Part shown: positions 7,400-18,499 of the stretch, in pieces | Layout: the number at the start of each line of letters is the position of its first letter | Numbering within the stretch: the stretch's first letter is position 1 | Translations under genes and position numbers: made by a program | Notes under the pieces: generated by a model | The model's input: the letters and a program-made list of their open reading frames with translations, nothing else | What the model was told of the DNA's origin: nothing | Database searches by the model: none | NCBI GenBank assembly: GCA_043813075.1 | Contig: JBDRLL010000029.1 | Coordinates: forward strand, 1 to 23,695 | DNA: 23,695 nucleotides | Direction: 5' to 3' | Origin: Candidatus Altiarchaeota archaeon | GTDB lineage: Archaea; Altiarchaeota; Altiarchaeia; IMC4; SCGC-AAA252-I15

Positions 7400-8637
7400 T
7401 CGTACCTCCATTCTGACGGCAGGTAAAGGTATCCCGCATTGTGTTGGCTGTATTCCCTGCTGGTCTCTATTACCTTGAATTGCGCGGCGTTCCTCATGCC
7501 GGTTATGGTCATCGCCCCCTTGCTGTCCAGTATGCTTATGTCAATGACGTAAGTCCCCCTGAGGAGTGGTATGTTCTTTATCACGCACTTTATCCTATGG
7601 TCTCCAGGCTCAAGGTCCGGTATGTCATCCAGCTCCCCCAGGGTCGTGCTGTGGGCTATGGTCATCATGTTGTGGTCAGACACCTTCACCATAACGTTCG
7701 GCGACGAGACCTTCTTCCACACCTTTATGTCCAACTCTATGTTGAGGTCATTGTTCTTGTGTATGGCCTTCGACTCCGTGCCGTCGTCCTCGCCCAGTTT
7801 TATGTTCATTATGCTTATGTCCGCAGTGCCTTCCTCGTACTTCGGCTGGGTCCCGTACTTCTCATGCATCCTCTTGAGCATGTCGTCGCTCAGGTTGTCC
7901 CAGTAAAGTATCGACCCCTCCTTGATGGGCCCTGTGAACTTTGCCTGTCCCCTGTCCATGTAGAAAAGCCTGTCGCACACCCTCTCTATCTCCCCTATCC
8001 AGTGGGAGACGAAGAGTACCGTTATCTTCCCCCTGTTCTTGTCCAGCCAGTCCAGGCATTTCTGCCTGAAGCCTATGTCCCCGACCGCGAGCGCCTCATC
8101 CACAAGTAGTATCTCCGCGTTAGTGTGTATCGCCACGCTGAATCCGAGCCTCGCCTGCATTCCGGAGGAATACATCCTGAACGGCTTGTCAAACCATTCT
8201 CCGATATCGCAGAATTCCTCGATAACCGGGATTCTCTCGTCTATCTCTTCTCTTGACAGTCCCATTATCGCAGCCAGCACTCTCGCGTTCTCCCTCCCCG
8301 TCAGCTCCCAGTGCACTCCAGCAGTCAACTCTATCATCGGGAAGACTCGGCCGTTAACGTACACGTCACCCTTTGTCGGCGGGGTGACTCCGCATAGGAC
8401 CTTGAGTAGCGTGGATTTTCCAGCACCGTTCTTGCCTATTATCCCCAGCATCTCACCCCTCCTCACCTCCAGGCTAATGTCCTTTAGGGCCCACGGCCTC
8501 GTGTCCCTGGGTATCCTGAAGAGCCCTCTGACATCCGCCTTAGTGAAGCAGTTCAGATAGTGGCCTATGATGTAGGCGTAAGGCATGCCATACCTCTTCC
8601 AGAGGCCGTCTATCCTCACAACCACGTCATCATCCAT
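7396..8637 (-). CDS. wzt: Polysaccharide ABC exporter ATPase with C-terminal Wzt_C-like domain
   Basis: Walker A GKNGAGKST, YSSGMQARL signature, LLVDEALAVGD, VSH; about 160-aa beta-rich C-terminal extension. Confidence 0.88.
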   Translation of the reverse strand: MDDDVVVRIDGLWKRYGMPYAYIIGHYLNCFTKADVRGLFRIPRDTRPWALKDISLEVRRGEMLGIIGKNGAGKSTLLKVLCGVTPPTKGDVYVNGRVFPMIELTAGVHWELTGRENARVLAAIMGLSREEIDERIPVIEEFCDIGEWFDKPFRMYSSGMQARLGFSVAIHTNAEILLVDEALAVGDIGFRQKCLDWLDKNRGKITVLFVSHWIGEIERVCDRLFYMDRGQAKFTGPIKEGSILYWDNLSDDMLKRMHEKYGTQPKYEEGTADISIMNIKLGEDDGTESKAIHKNNDLNIELDIKVWKKVSSPNVMVKVSDHNMMTIAHSTTLGELDDIPDLEPGDHRIKCVIKNIPLLRGTYVIDISILDSKGAMTITGMRNAAQFKVIETSREYSQHNAGYLYLPSEWRYE

Positions 8638-8638
8638 C

Positions 8639-9430
8639 CTATATCACGTCCGCAAAGTATTGGGAGAGGTATCTGAACATGGGCCAGCATACTGCCAGCA
8701 CAGCTATGGTAACTACAATGGATATCGCTAGTAGCGTCAGGTCTGGCGCCATGTTCTTCACCAGAACGTTCCTGAAGCCCTCTATCACGCCGACCATGGG
8801 GTTAAGGCTGTAGAGGAGTCTCCTCCCCTCAGGCACCTGGCTTATCGGGTATGCCACAGGCGACGCGAGCATCCAGAATTGCATGAGGAATGGTATGCCG
8901 AACAGCACATCCTGCTTGTAGGTTCCCACCGCAGCGAATCCGAGCCCGAAGGCGAAGGTTATTACGAGGAGCACTGCGATGAGCAGCGGAAGCCATAGTA
9001 GTGCGGCACCCACCGGCGTCTTGAACCAGATCATCATCGCAACGAGTATTATCGCTGATATGAAGAATTCTATGACCGATATTATTATGTTCGCGAGGAG
9101 GTAGACTTCCCTGTCCAAGGGTATCTTCTTTATAAGGCTCGCGTAGCCGTATATCGAGTTACCGCACCTGCTCACCGCAGTGGAGAAGAACGTCCATGGG
9201 ACAAGGGCGCAGTAGGAGAATATTATGTACGGCGTCCCCTCGCTCGAGATCGTGAATATGCCCCTTATGAACGTGAACAAGACCATGTAGAAGAGCGGTT
9301 GTATGAGTGCCCAGAGCGGTCCTAGCAGCGACCTCCTGTACCTGCCCTTGAACTCCCTTACAACGAGGGCCCATATCATGCTTATGAAGTATGTCTTCTT
9401 GTTGTACGCCTGCCTATGGTAGCTCGTCAT
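8639..9430 (-). CDS. wzm: Polysaccharide ABC-2 exporter permease
   Basis: REFKGRYRRSLLGPLWALIQP, SPVAYP, LNPMVGVIEGFR; about six hydrophobic segments; adjacent to wzt. Confidence 0.88.
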   Translation of the reverse strand: MTSYHRQAYNKKTYFISMIWALVVREFKGRYRRSLLGPLWALIQPLFYMVLFTFIRGIFTISSEGTPYIIFSYCALVPWTFFSTAVSRCGNSIYGYASLIKKIPLDREVYLLANIIISVIEFFISAIILVAMMIWFKTPVGAALLWLPLLIAVLLVITFAFGLGFAAVGTYKQDVLFGIPFLMQFWMLASPVAYPISQVPEGRRLLYSLNPMVGVIEGFRNVLVKNMAPDLTLLAISIVVTIAVLAVCWPMFRYLSQYFADVI

Positions 9431-9500
9431 TTCAACCTCTTTTTCTAGAATGCCTCAAATCTATTTATTTACAAGTGGATTTTAATATATACGCTCAAAG
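9431..9500. promoter_or_regulatory. Divergent promoter region wzm/leuC
   Basis: 70-bp AT-rich gap containing TATTTATTTA and TTTTAATATATA. Confidence 0.45.
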
Positions 9501-10754
9501 ATGGCCCAGAACATAGCTGAAAAGATTCTCGCATCCCATGCTGGCGTCGATGCCGTCTCTCCAGGGGAGATTGTGGACGCTGAGGTCGACTACGTCATGG
9601 TCAACGACGTCACCGGCCTGCCAGCATTCAAGGTGTTCGAGCAGTTCGGTGTGACCCCAATCAGGGAGAAGAGCATCCTGATACCAGACCATTATGTGCC
9701 AAACAAGGATGTGGCGTCCGCGGAGCAGGCGAAGGCTATGCGGGAGTTCGCTGGGAAACACGATATCCCGAACTACTTTGAGATAGGCCGGAGCGGGGTA
9801 TGCCACCAGCTGATGATAGAGCAGGGCTTCGCCGCCCCAGGCAGGCTGATAGTCGGGGCCGACTCCCACACCTGCAGTTACGGTGCGTTGGGCTGTTTTT
9901 CCACCGGCATCGGCAGCACCGAGGCCGCTGCCGCGATGGCGTTGGGAAGGCTATGGTTCAGGGTCCCGGAGTCGATGAAGCTCACCGTCGACGGCAAGCT
10001 CGGGAAATATGTCATGGGGAAGGACATAGTCCTGCATACTATTGGAGACATCGGTGTTGACGGCGCGCTCTACAAGTCGATGGAATGGTATGGCAGCGCG
10101 ATAGAGTCACTGTCGCTCGCCGACCGCATCAGCATCAGCAACATGGCCATCGAGGCCGGCGGCAAGGCGGGCATCATTCCCGCCGACAAGAAGGTGGACG
10201 ACTACCTGAAGGGCCGGGTGCGCGGCACATACAGGAAGGTTTCTGCAGACAAGGATGCTGATTATTCTGACGAGATTAACTACGACGCTAAGAGCATCGT
10301 CCCCACTGTGGCAGAGCCGTTCCTGCCTGAGAACACTAAGCCCGCGAGTGAAGTGGACGTTGAGATAGATCAGGCGTATCTGGGCTCCTGCACGAACGGC
10401 CGCATAGAGGACTTCCGTGTTGCCGCCAGCATACTGAAGGGCAGGAAGGTTAAGGACGGCGTCAGGCTCATAGTAGTCCCAGCCTCCCACAGCATCATGG
10501 ATCAGATGATAGAGGAGGGGCTATACAAGATATTCAGCGACGCCGACGCCTACATATCCGGCCCAACGTGCGGCGCCTGCCTTGGCGGATACATGGGCGT
10601 GCTCGCGAACGAGGAGGTGTGTGTCAGCACCACCAACCGCAACTTCATCGGCAGGATGGGCCATAAGGGAAGTAAAGTCTATCTAGCCAACCCGGCTGTT
10701 GTCGCAGCTTCTGCGGTAACCGGGAGGATCACGGACCCGAGTGAGTTGGAATGA
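9501..10754 (+). CDS. leuC: 3-isopropylmalate/citramalate dehydratase large subunit
   Basis: PDH, GVCHQ, GADSHTC, GSCTNGR, CGACLG (Fe-S cysteines), STTNRNFIGRMG. Confidence 0.93.
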   Translation: MAQNIAEKILASHAGVDAVSPGEIVDAEVDYVMVNDVTGLPAFKVFEQFGVTPIREKSILIPDHYVPNKDVASAEQAKAMREFAGKHDIPNYFEIGRSGVCHQLMIEQGFAAPGRLIVGADSHTCSYGALGCFSTGIGSTEAAAAMALGRLWFRVPESMKLTVDGKLGKYVMGKDIVLHTIGDIGVDGALYKSMEWYGSAIESLSLADRISISNMAIEAGGKAGIIPADKKVDDYLKGRVRGTYRKVSADKDADYSDEINYDAKSIVPTVAEPFLPENTKPASEVDVEIDQAYLGSCTNGRIEDFRVAASILKGRKVKDGVRLIVVPASHSIMDQMIEEGLYKIFSDADAYISGPTCGACLGGYMGVLANEEVCVSTTNRNFIGRMGHKGSKVYLANPAVVAASAVTGRITDPSELE

Positions 10755-11299
10755 GCGAGGCGTTGCTTGTAATCGACATGCAGAAGGATGTCCTGGAGTG
10801 GATGGTTCCCGCAGGTAATGACGTATTGTCCAACGTGAAGCTGGTTCTTGAAGCGTTCCGGGATTCTGGCAAGCCGGTGGTCCACATTCTTCGCGTCCAT
10901 GCCGCCGACGGCAGCGACGTTGAAGTGTTCAGGAGGAGGATGTTCTCAGAGAAACCGTACCTAGTAAGGGGTACTTCCGGCGCTGAGGTCGTTGGCGAGC
11001 TCGCTCCATTGGAGACAGAGCATGTTGTGGAGAAGCAGAGGTTCAGCGCCTTCTTCCAGACTGGCTTGAAGCACCTGCTGGACAGCATAGGAGTGGACAC
11101 GCTCATAGTGGTGGGCGTCCAGACCCCCAACTGCGTCCGATGCACTGTGACCGACGCGGTGAGCCACGACTACAAGGTCATACTCGTCAGGGATGCGGTG
11201 GCTGCTGCCACGCCGGAGATTCACGAAGCCAACCTCCTGGACTTGGGGAACATGGGCGTGGAGTTAAGGACTGTGGAGGATATAGTTAATAGCGTTTGA
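10751..11299 (+). CDS. Cysteine hydrolase (isochorismatase family)
   Basis: Asp-Lys-Cys triad: VIDMQKD, VEKQRFSAF, GVQTPNCV. ATGA overlap with leuC. Confidence 0.9.
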   Translation: MSEALLVIDMQKDVLEWMVPAGNDVLSNVKLVLEAFRDSGKPVVHILRVHAADGSDVEVFRRRMFSEKPYLVRGTSGAEVVGELAPLETEHVVEKQRFSAFFQTGLKHLLDSIGVDTLIVVGVQTPNCVRCTVTDAVSHDYKVILVRDAVAAATPEIHEANLLDLGNMGVELRTVEDIVNSV

Positions 11300-11327
11300 A
11301 TTCCAGAATAATTAACGGTGATCTTAT

Positions 11328-11735
11328 ATGGCTAAAACAAGGGAAACCGGTGGGGAGCTGGCTGACTTGCGCAGGCAGATGTATGAGCTACAGCGCGTTC
11401 CAACGCAGATTACCGGCACGGTCCAGGAGCACATTATGAACGATAGGTGGGATCAGGCTGCGGGAGGCTTAATAAGGGAGCCGGAAGCGTTTGGGGATAA
11501 GGATAAAGCATTGAATGATGCTGTGGTGTGTCTCGCGTTATTGCGTGTTGCTACGCCCGCTGCAGAGCAGAAAGCCTGGGACTTGATGGCGAAGGGCACT
11601 CTCCAGCATGCGGACGACCAGAAACTGCGTTTCAGGGCTTACGAGGACAAGGTGGACGAGTTCGCGAGGACGCCCGCCAGGATTCGGGAGGAGGCTGCGA
11701 GATTAAAACGGGAGTATCCAGTGAAGAAGCAATGA
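11328..11735 (+). CDS. Hypothetical helical protein (135 aa)
   Basis: GGTGA RBS upstream; stop overlaps the leuD start (ATGA); no motif recognised. Confidence 0.7.
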   Translation: MAKTRETGGELADLRRQMYELQRVPTQITGTVQEHIMNDRWDQAAGGLIREPEAFGDKDKALNDAVVCLALLRVATPAAEQKAWDLMAKGTLQHADDQKLRFRAYEDKVDEFARTPARIREEAARLKREYPVKKQ

Positions 11736-12216
11736 ATCATATAAAAGGCAGGGCATGGAGGTTCGGGAGCAACGTCGACACAGACCAGATCATTCCCGCA
11801 GAATACCTGGTGATGGCAGACCCAGTGGAATTGGGGAAGCACGCGTTCGAGAAGGTGCGGCCGGATTTCGTTAAAGGCGTTAAGAAGGGGGACATCATCG
11901 TCGCTGACGAAAACTTCGGGTGCGGGTCTTCCAGGGAGCATGCGCCACGCGCCCTCATGGGGTGTGGGATATCCTGCGTGATAGCCAAGAGCTTCGCCCG
12001 CATATACTTCAGGAACAGCATCAACCTCGGGTTCCCTGCCATCGAGTGCGGCGTGGACGCCAGTGACGGCGACGAGATTGAAGTCGACTACTCGAAAGGC
12101 AAGGTTAGGAACGTTACGACAGGGAAAGAATATGGATTCAAGCCGCTGCCTGAATTCCTGTTGAACCTTATGGAGTCCGGGGGGCTCGTAGAATACGTTA
12201 AAAAACAATTGAAGAA

Positions 12217-12220
<4 letters not shown>
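11732..12220 (+). CDS. leuD: 3-isopropylmalate/citramalate dehydratase small subunit (162 aa)
   Basis: NVDTDQIIPAEYLVM, NFGCGSSREHA, SFARIYFRNSINLG. The YLVM loop is IPMI-type rather than homoaconitase YLRT. Start reassigned to ATG 11732. Confidence 0.92.
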
Positions 12221-13478
<1,258 letters not shown>

Positions 13479-13500
13479 CCCGTAATTCTCATTCATTAAC

Positions 13501-15012
13501 ATGTTCCGATCCTTCCTCCTTGAAGTGCTTAAAGTCACCTCAGTGTTCTTTGTCATATTAACCCTGGTGGCGTACGTCATATTCCTAAGCCGAAGGAGAT
13601 TCATTTATTTCCATATCGAATCCTGGCTGGTTAACCTAGACGTCAGGAGGGCTACGACAATAATCCTCGCATTCGTGGTAATCGCCCGATTAATCACGAT
13701 AAGCGTGGTGAGTTATTCTGATGAATCTCCATACCTCCTCATGTCTCGATTGGTGTACGAGGGGTATGCGCCCTACAGGGACTTTTTCCTTGTCCACCCG
13801 CCAGCATACTTTATTGTGACTTCACTGATGTTCAGGTTTTTCGGTGTCGGCGTTATTCAAGCCAAATTCCTCCCCTTCCTCTTCTCTGTTGCGACAGTCT
13901 TCCTCGTCTATGAGATGGCGAAGGAATTCTACGGCGAGGTTGAGGCGGCGCTGGCCCTGCTTGTTGTCGGAGTGACTCCGAGCATTCTCTTCATGACAAT
14001 GAATGCCCTACTGTTCTCCGAATGCATATTCTTCTCCACATTGTCCGCCTATCTCTTCCTGAAGTCCAATGAGTTCGATAATCCGCGCATCGTCTTCTTC
14101 TCCGGATTTTTCGCAGGTCTGGCGACAGTATACCGTTTCTTTGGCGCATACATACTGTTGACGATATTACTGTACCTTGTGTTATTCAGGAAGTCCAAGC
14201 GCGATTCCCTGATGAAGTCGTTGACACTGGTCTTAGGGTTTTCACTGGTCATACTCCCCGTGTTCATGTACTACAGTCCTGAAATCATCGACAACACGAT
14301 ATCCTACAACATTTATCAACGCCCGACTTCTGGTTTTACCGACCGTTTAAAGGGTTTTGTAAGGCATTCACAGTACTTTAACGCATTGCCGATAATCACC
14401 GGGTTCATAGGCTTATGCGTACTGTTAAGCAGGGGGAGGATGCGTAGGATAGACTGGTTCATGGTCCTATGGGTCATGGTTGTTCTCGCAGGCACATTAT
14501 GCGTTAAGCAGGTCATCCTCCAGCTTTACGCGATCTACTTTGTGATGGCAGTCCCCCCGCTCGCGATGCTGGGGGGGTATTCGATACATTACCGGATGTC
14601 GAGCAATGTTGTTGTGATAGTGATGATGGCCTCCACCTCAATAGTCACATGCACTCTGCTGACGTTGACTTCACTGGACTTCCACGTTATCACCAACATG
14701 CTCATCTCCCGCATAGACGATGTTGGCGGCCGGGAACTGGTTGTTTCCGGATCCTCCCCTTTCGCCCATGCGATAGCATTCCAATCCGACCGTGATCTGC
14801 TCATGAACATGGCAGACCATTCTATCCTAAACTACTCAATGGGCGTTAGACATGAATTCATGGCACGCCTAAACTCAACGCCCACCGTTTTCGTGCTTGC
14901 TGACGGTGAACTATATGACGTATACAAGCAGGTGCCTGAAATGATGGGTGAGAGATGCGTATTTTCTGTTGATCACGAGGATTTCAAAATGTACTTCTGC
15001 AACGTTATATAA
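13501..15012 (+). CDS. GT-C fold membrane glycosyltransferase (ArnT/PMT_2-like)
   Basis: Polytopic membrane protein; first loop SDESPYLLMS...GYAPYRDFFLVHPP with the DE motif. Confidence 0.75.
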   Translation: MFRSFLLEVLKVTSVFFVILTLVAYVIFLSRRRFIYFHIESWLVNLDVRRATTIILAFVVIARLITISVVSYSDESPYLLMSRLVYEGYAPYRDFFLVHPPAYFIVTSLMFRFFGVGVIQAKFLPFLFSVATVFLVYEMAKEFYGEVEAALALLVVGVTPSILFMTMNALLFSECIFFSTLSAYLFLKSNEFDNPRIVFFSGFFAGLATVYRFFGAYILLTILLYLVLFRKSKRDSLMKSLTLVLGFSLVILPVFMYYSPEIIDNTISYNIYQRPTSGFTDRLKGFVRHSQYFNALPIITGFIGLCVLLSRGRMRRIDWFMVLWVMVVLAGTLCVKQVILQLYAIYFVMAVPPLAMLGGYSIHYRMSSNVVVIVMMASTSIVTCTLLTLTSLDFHVITNMLISRIDDVGGRELVVSGSSPFAHAIAFQSDRDLLMNMADHSILNYSMGVRHEFMARLNSTPTVFVLADGELYDVYKQVPEMMGERCVFSVDHEDFKMYFCNVI

Positions 15013-15056
15013 CCTACAGTGAAAATAATATACCTACCTAACGGTTAGGAGGCATC

Positions 15057-16190
15057 ATGATGAAAAAAGTGCGGGTGGGCGTCATCGGCCCCGGAACAAT
15101 AGGGCATAAGGTCATATGGGCTATTGAACGTCAGGAAGATATGGTCGTCTCCGGTGTGGCTAAGACTTCCCCCGACTGGGTTGCTAAATGGGTTGCGGAG
15201 AAGGGGTACAAGCTATACCCGTCCTCTAAGAAGGGTGCTGAGGGAGTTCCAGACGCCATGAGGGAGTTCAAGGAGAAGATTGGCGGGGAGCATATAGGCG
15301 GGCCTGTGGAGGAGTTGTTCGGTGTTTCAGACGTCATAGTGGACTGCACTGGGAGCAAGTTCGGCGCTAGGAACAAGGAAGAGCTTTACGTGCCGTACAA
15401 CAAGGCTAATGATAACCGTCTTAAAGTCCTGTTTCAGGGGGGAGAGTCGGCTGACATAGGCGCGTCATTCAACACTAGAGCCAGCTACGACAAGTGCGTG
15501 GAATCTGTTGAAGCAGGTAACCCGTACCTCCGGGTGGTCTCATGCAATACGACCGGGCTGGCTAGGCTTGTCGGCAGTGTCATCGAGCACGGGTGGGGTG
15601 TGGACTATCTTACTTCAACATTGATACGGCGTTCCACAGACCCCGGCCAGTCCAGTAAGATGAGGATTGACGGGACTGAAGTGAGCCTTAAGATACCATC
15701 GCATCATGCGCCAGACCTTCAGGAAGTGCTGGATGTGGAAGCGTATTCCAGGGCGTATAAGGTCCCGGTCAGCTCCATGCATGTGCACGACCTGAGGATG
15801 ACTTTCAAGAAGAAGGCTCCCAGCAAGGAGGAGTTCGCCTCCATGTTCGAGGATGACGTCCGTGTCGCGCTGCTGGAGACGTTCGACAGCACAATAGAGC
15901 TCCGGGAGCGTGTGCGTCGCATAAACAAGCTCGAACCACACCTGTTCCCTGGCGGCGACTTGTTCATGTCCGCGGTCTCGACCGGTTCATACTACGTGTT
16001 CAGGGGCAGGGAAGTCTGGCTTACGCAGGGCATCCCCCAGGACTCGATCGTGGTGCCGGAGACTATAGACTGCATACGGGCTTCAATGCATTCAACGCTA
16101 AAGGCCGGGCGTGATGATGCGATGTCCCGGACGGACGAGTCCCTTAAGCTGGGTTTGATGAAGGAAGTCCTTGAAGAAAGCTACAGATGA
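15057..16190 (+). CDS. gap: Archaeal type II glyceraldehyde-3-phosphate dehydrogenase
   Basis: GPGTIG, FQGGE, VVSCNTTGL (catalytic Cys), IRRSTDP, PSHHAPD, QDSIVVPE.IDCIRA; GGAGG RBS. Confidence 0.88.
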   Translation: MMKKVRVGVIGPGTIGHKVIWAIERQEDMVVSGVAKTSPDWVAKWVAEKGYKLYPSSKKGAEGVPDAMREFKEKIGGEHIGGPVEELFGVSDVIVDCTGSKFGARNKEELYVPYNKANDNRLKVLFQGGESADIGASFNTRASYDKCVESVEAGNPYLRVVSCNTTGLARLVGSVIEHGWGVDYLTSTLIRRSTDPGQSSKMRIDGTEVSLKIPSHHAPDLQEVLDVEAYSRAYKVPVSSMHVHDLRMTFKKKAPSKEEFASMFEDDVRVALLETFDSTIELRERVRRINKLEPHLFPGGDLFMSAVSTGSYYVFRGREVWLTQGIPQDSIVVPETIDCIRASMHSTLKAGRDDAMSRTDESLKLGLMKEVLEESYR

Positions 16191-16819
16191 AGAATAGTAG
16201 AGTGCAGTCGGAGCTGAAGTACCTGCTTGACGCAGGATATAACCGGCAGTCTTCCCTAGATTTCGTCTCAAACCATCATCGCCTCGACATTCCGGAACGC
16301 AACCGTCTCAACAGGATTGTCTTCTCGGAAAAGGAGGTTAAAGACCATAAGAACAAGCTCGCTCCCCTTTCAAGCATGCGTGGGGGAAAAGTCGCGGTCG
16401 ACGGCTACAACGTGCTCATAACAGTGGAGGCCATACTCTCTGGAGGAGAGTACTTCAAGTGTATGGACGGGTTCATTAGGGATAACTCAATGGTGTTCAG
16501 CAACCACCGGATAAGGAAGGCTACTTTTGACGCTATAGAATCCATCCTCAGCGTATTGAAGGGCGCCAGGCCGTCTGAAGTCCTATTCATGTACGACAGC
16601 CAGGTTTCCCGTAGCGGGGAGCTTGCGGGCTACACAAGGCACTCTATGATGGTCAATGACGTGAAAGGCGTTGCCAGGACAAGTCCGAGAGTGGACTATG
16701 AGCTGAAGAAGCTGGACATGATTACTGCAACATCAGACTCCAGGATAATCGGGCTGGTTTCCACTGCCGTTGACCTGCCACAGGCAGTCTCCCGTCGTTT
16801 AAGGCAGGCTAAAAAATGA
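16187..16819 (+). CDS. DUF434-family protein (PIN-like)
   Basis: YLLDAGY...LDFVSNHHRL, VDGYNVLITVE, DGFIRD, SRSGELA, ATSDS. Confidence 0.8.
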   Translation: MKNSRVQSELKYLLDAGYNRQSSLDFVSNHHRLDIPERNRLNRIVFSEKEVKDHKNKLAPLSSMRGGKVAVDGYNVLITVEAILSGGEYFKCMDGFIRDNSMVFSNHRIRKATFDAIESILSVLKGARPSEVLFMYDSQVSRSGELAGYTRHSMMVNDVKGVARTSPRVDYELKKLDMITATSDSRIIGLVSTAVDLPQAVSRRLRQAKK

Positions 16820-18426
16820 GGGATATCACCCGGGAATGGGCTTTGTACTCCTCCCTATGCATACTCCTGATGTTAATCATCATGTCCTACCAGTCCATAA
16901 CCTCCAGGACCGGTGGGATACTCGTCTATGGATCCGACGACGTCTACATCCACATGGCTGTCGCCAAGAATCTTGTGTTGCATGGCGTCTGGGGTGTCAC
17001 GCGATACGGGTTCACGTCATCCACGTCATCCATAATATGGCCCTTGATGATATCGCTAGTATACAAGGTATTCGGCGTGAACAACATAACGCCGCTAGTG
17101 TTCAATGTAATCCTATCTATCCTACTGGTTTTCTATGCGTATCGCCTGTCTGGCAGGTATGTGGCAGGACAGTCACTACGGTTCATGCTTCTACTGTCCC
17201 TCATCCTATTCCTACCACTGCCCCTACTAGTGTTCAACGGACTTGAGCATGTGCTGCACATCCTACTAACGCTCTTGTTCGCGTTTTATTCTGCGATAGC
17301 CCTCTCAAAGAACGTGGTTTCCTCTAGGGAATGCTATTACCTCTACGCGTTAGCCCCGCTCATGACCATGACCAGATACGAGTCGATGATGACGATAGGG
17401 ATAGTCAGCCTCCTGTTCCTATTGCGAAGAAGGCCCATGGTTTCACTGGCATTGTTCTCTGCAGGAGTCCTTCCAATAATCGTTTATGGCGTGGTTTCAA
17501 TGGGTAACGGATGGTTTTTCCTGCCCAACTCCCTGATACTGAAAGGCGGCTTACATCAGGATGTCAGCTCCCACCCGACCGTCGTCGGCCGGCTGATAGT
17601 ATGGTTTACGGTGGGCGTGATAAGGTCATTGATGACGACACAGACTCTCGTCATACTCCTGGCGGTCTTATTCCTCCTGAAGAAGTATCAATGGGATGGA
17701 TTCCATTGGAGTGAGGTGGTTGTCCTAGCGGCAGTATTCACCCTCAACATTGTAGCCCACTTCTTCTCTGTGCACGCGGTAGTCAACAGGTACGATGCAT
17801 ACCTAATCGCACTCGGTTTTTTCGTGATCACCGCCCAGCTCGGCTTGAATGTCCTAGAAAAAAAGAGGATGAGCATCCGCTCCACCCTTCGAGTGCTAGA
17901 AGAGCATCCCCTACTCATCCTAGTGCTCGTATTCTCCATTCAAAACGGGCTGTGGACCCTCCAGATAGGCCAGATTTCAGGGAACATATACCAGCAGCAG
18001 TACCAGATGGGCGTCTTCCTAAGTGAATACTATGCCAACAGGACCGTCGCGCTGGTGGACGTAGGATTCGCGAATTACCTGACAGACCTGCGGTGCGTAG
18101 ACTTGTACGGCCTAGCTGACATGGACGCTGCTAATGCAAAGTCGGGTGGCTACTATACGATGGGGGAGGTGGATCGGATAACGTCCGGCAAGGGGGTGGA
18201 GATTGCCGTGCTCTTCGACAACCAGTTCATCAGGAACAATGTAAGCATCATCCCAGCCGGATGGACTAAGGTCGGCTCATGGAAGATAGAGGACAACGTC
18301 ATATGCGGTGATGATGATATAACCTTCTACTCGGTGAAGGATTCCAGCAGAAAACAGCTGATTGATGACTTAAGGGCATACTCCCCGCGTCTGCCTAAGG
18401 AAGTGATTCAAGAATACGGTTTCTAG
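16816..18426 (+). CDS. Polytopic membrane protein, probable GT-C glycosyltransferase
   Basis: DDVYIHMAVAKNL...G..SSTSS..W loop, GLEH, TRYE, LPNS, DLYGL; many TM segments. Confidence 0.65.
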   Translation: MRDITREWALYSSLCILLMLIIMSYQSITSRTGGILVYGSDDVYIHMAVAKNLVLHGVWGVTRYGFTSSTSSIIWPLMISLVYKVFGVNNITPLVFNVILSILLVFYAYRLSGRYVAGQSLRFMLLLSLILFLPLPLLVFNGLEHVLHILLTLLFAFYSAIALSKNVVSSRECYYLYALAPLMTMTRYESMMTIGIVSLLFLLRRRPMVSLALFSAGVLPIIVYGVVSMGNGWFFLPNSLILKGGLHQDVSSHPTVVGRLIVWFTVGVIRSLMTTQTLVILLAVLFLLKKYQWDGFHWSEVVVLAAVFTLNIVAHFFSVHAVVNRYDAYLIALGFFVITAQLGLNVLEKKRMSIRSTLRVLEEHPLLILVLVFSIQNGLWTLQIGQISGNIYQQQYQMGVFLSEYYANRTVALVDVGFANYLTDLRCVDLYGLADMDAANAKSGGYYTMGEVDRITSGKGVEIAVLFDNQFIRNNVSIIPAGWTKVGSWKIEDNVICGDDDITFYSVKDSSRKQLIDDLRAYSPRLPKEVIQEYGF

Positions 18427-18499
18427 CGTAAAAACATAATCTATTTTAAAGACGTCGAGCCTAATATGTATTACTTTCAATCTTAGAAGGGGTGATGTT

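Noticed and set aside
9431-9500. Leu-rich leader before leuC (and a His-rich leader before hisF at 21984-22023)
   Set aside because: No such uORF is present in these short intergenic regions.
11528-11731. N-terminal extension of LeuD in the ORF track
   Set aside because: It overlaps the 135-aa ORF; ATG 11732 gives a normal-length LeuD with ATGA coupling.
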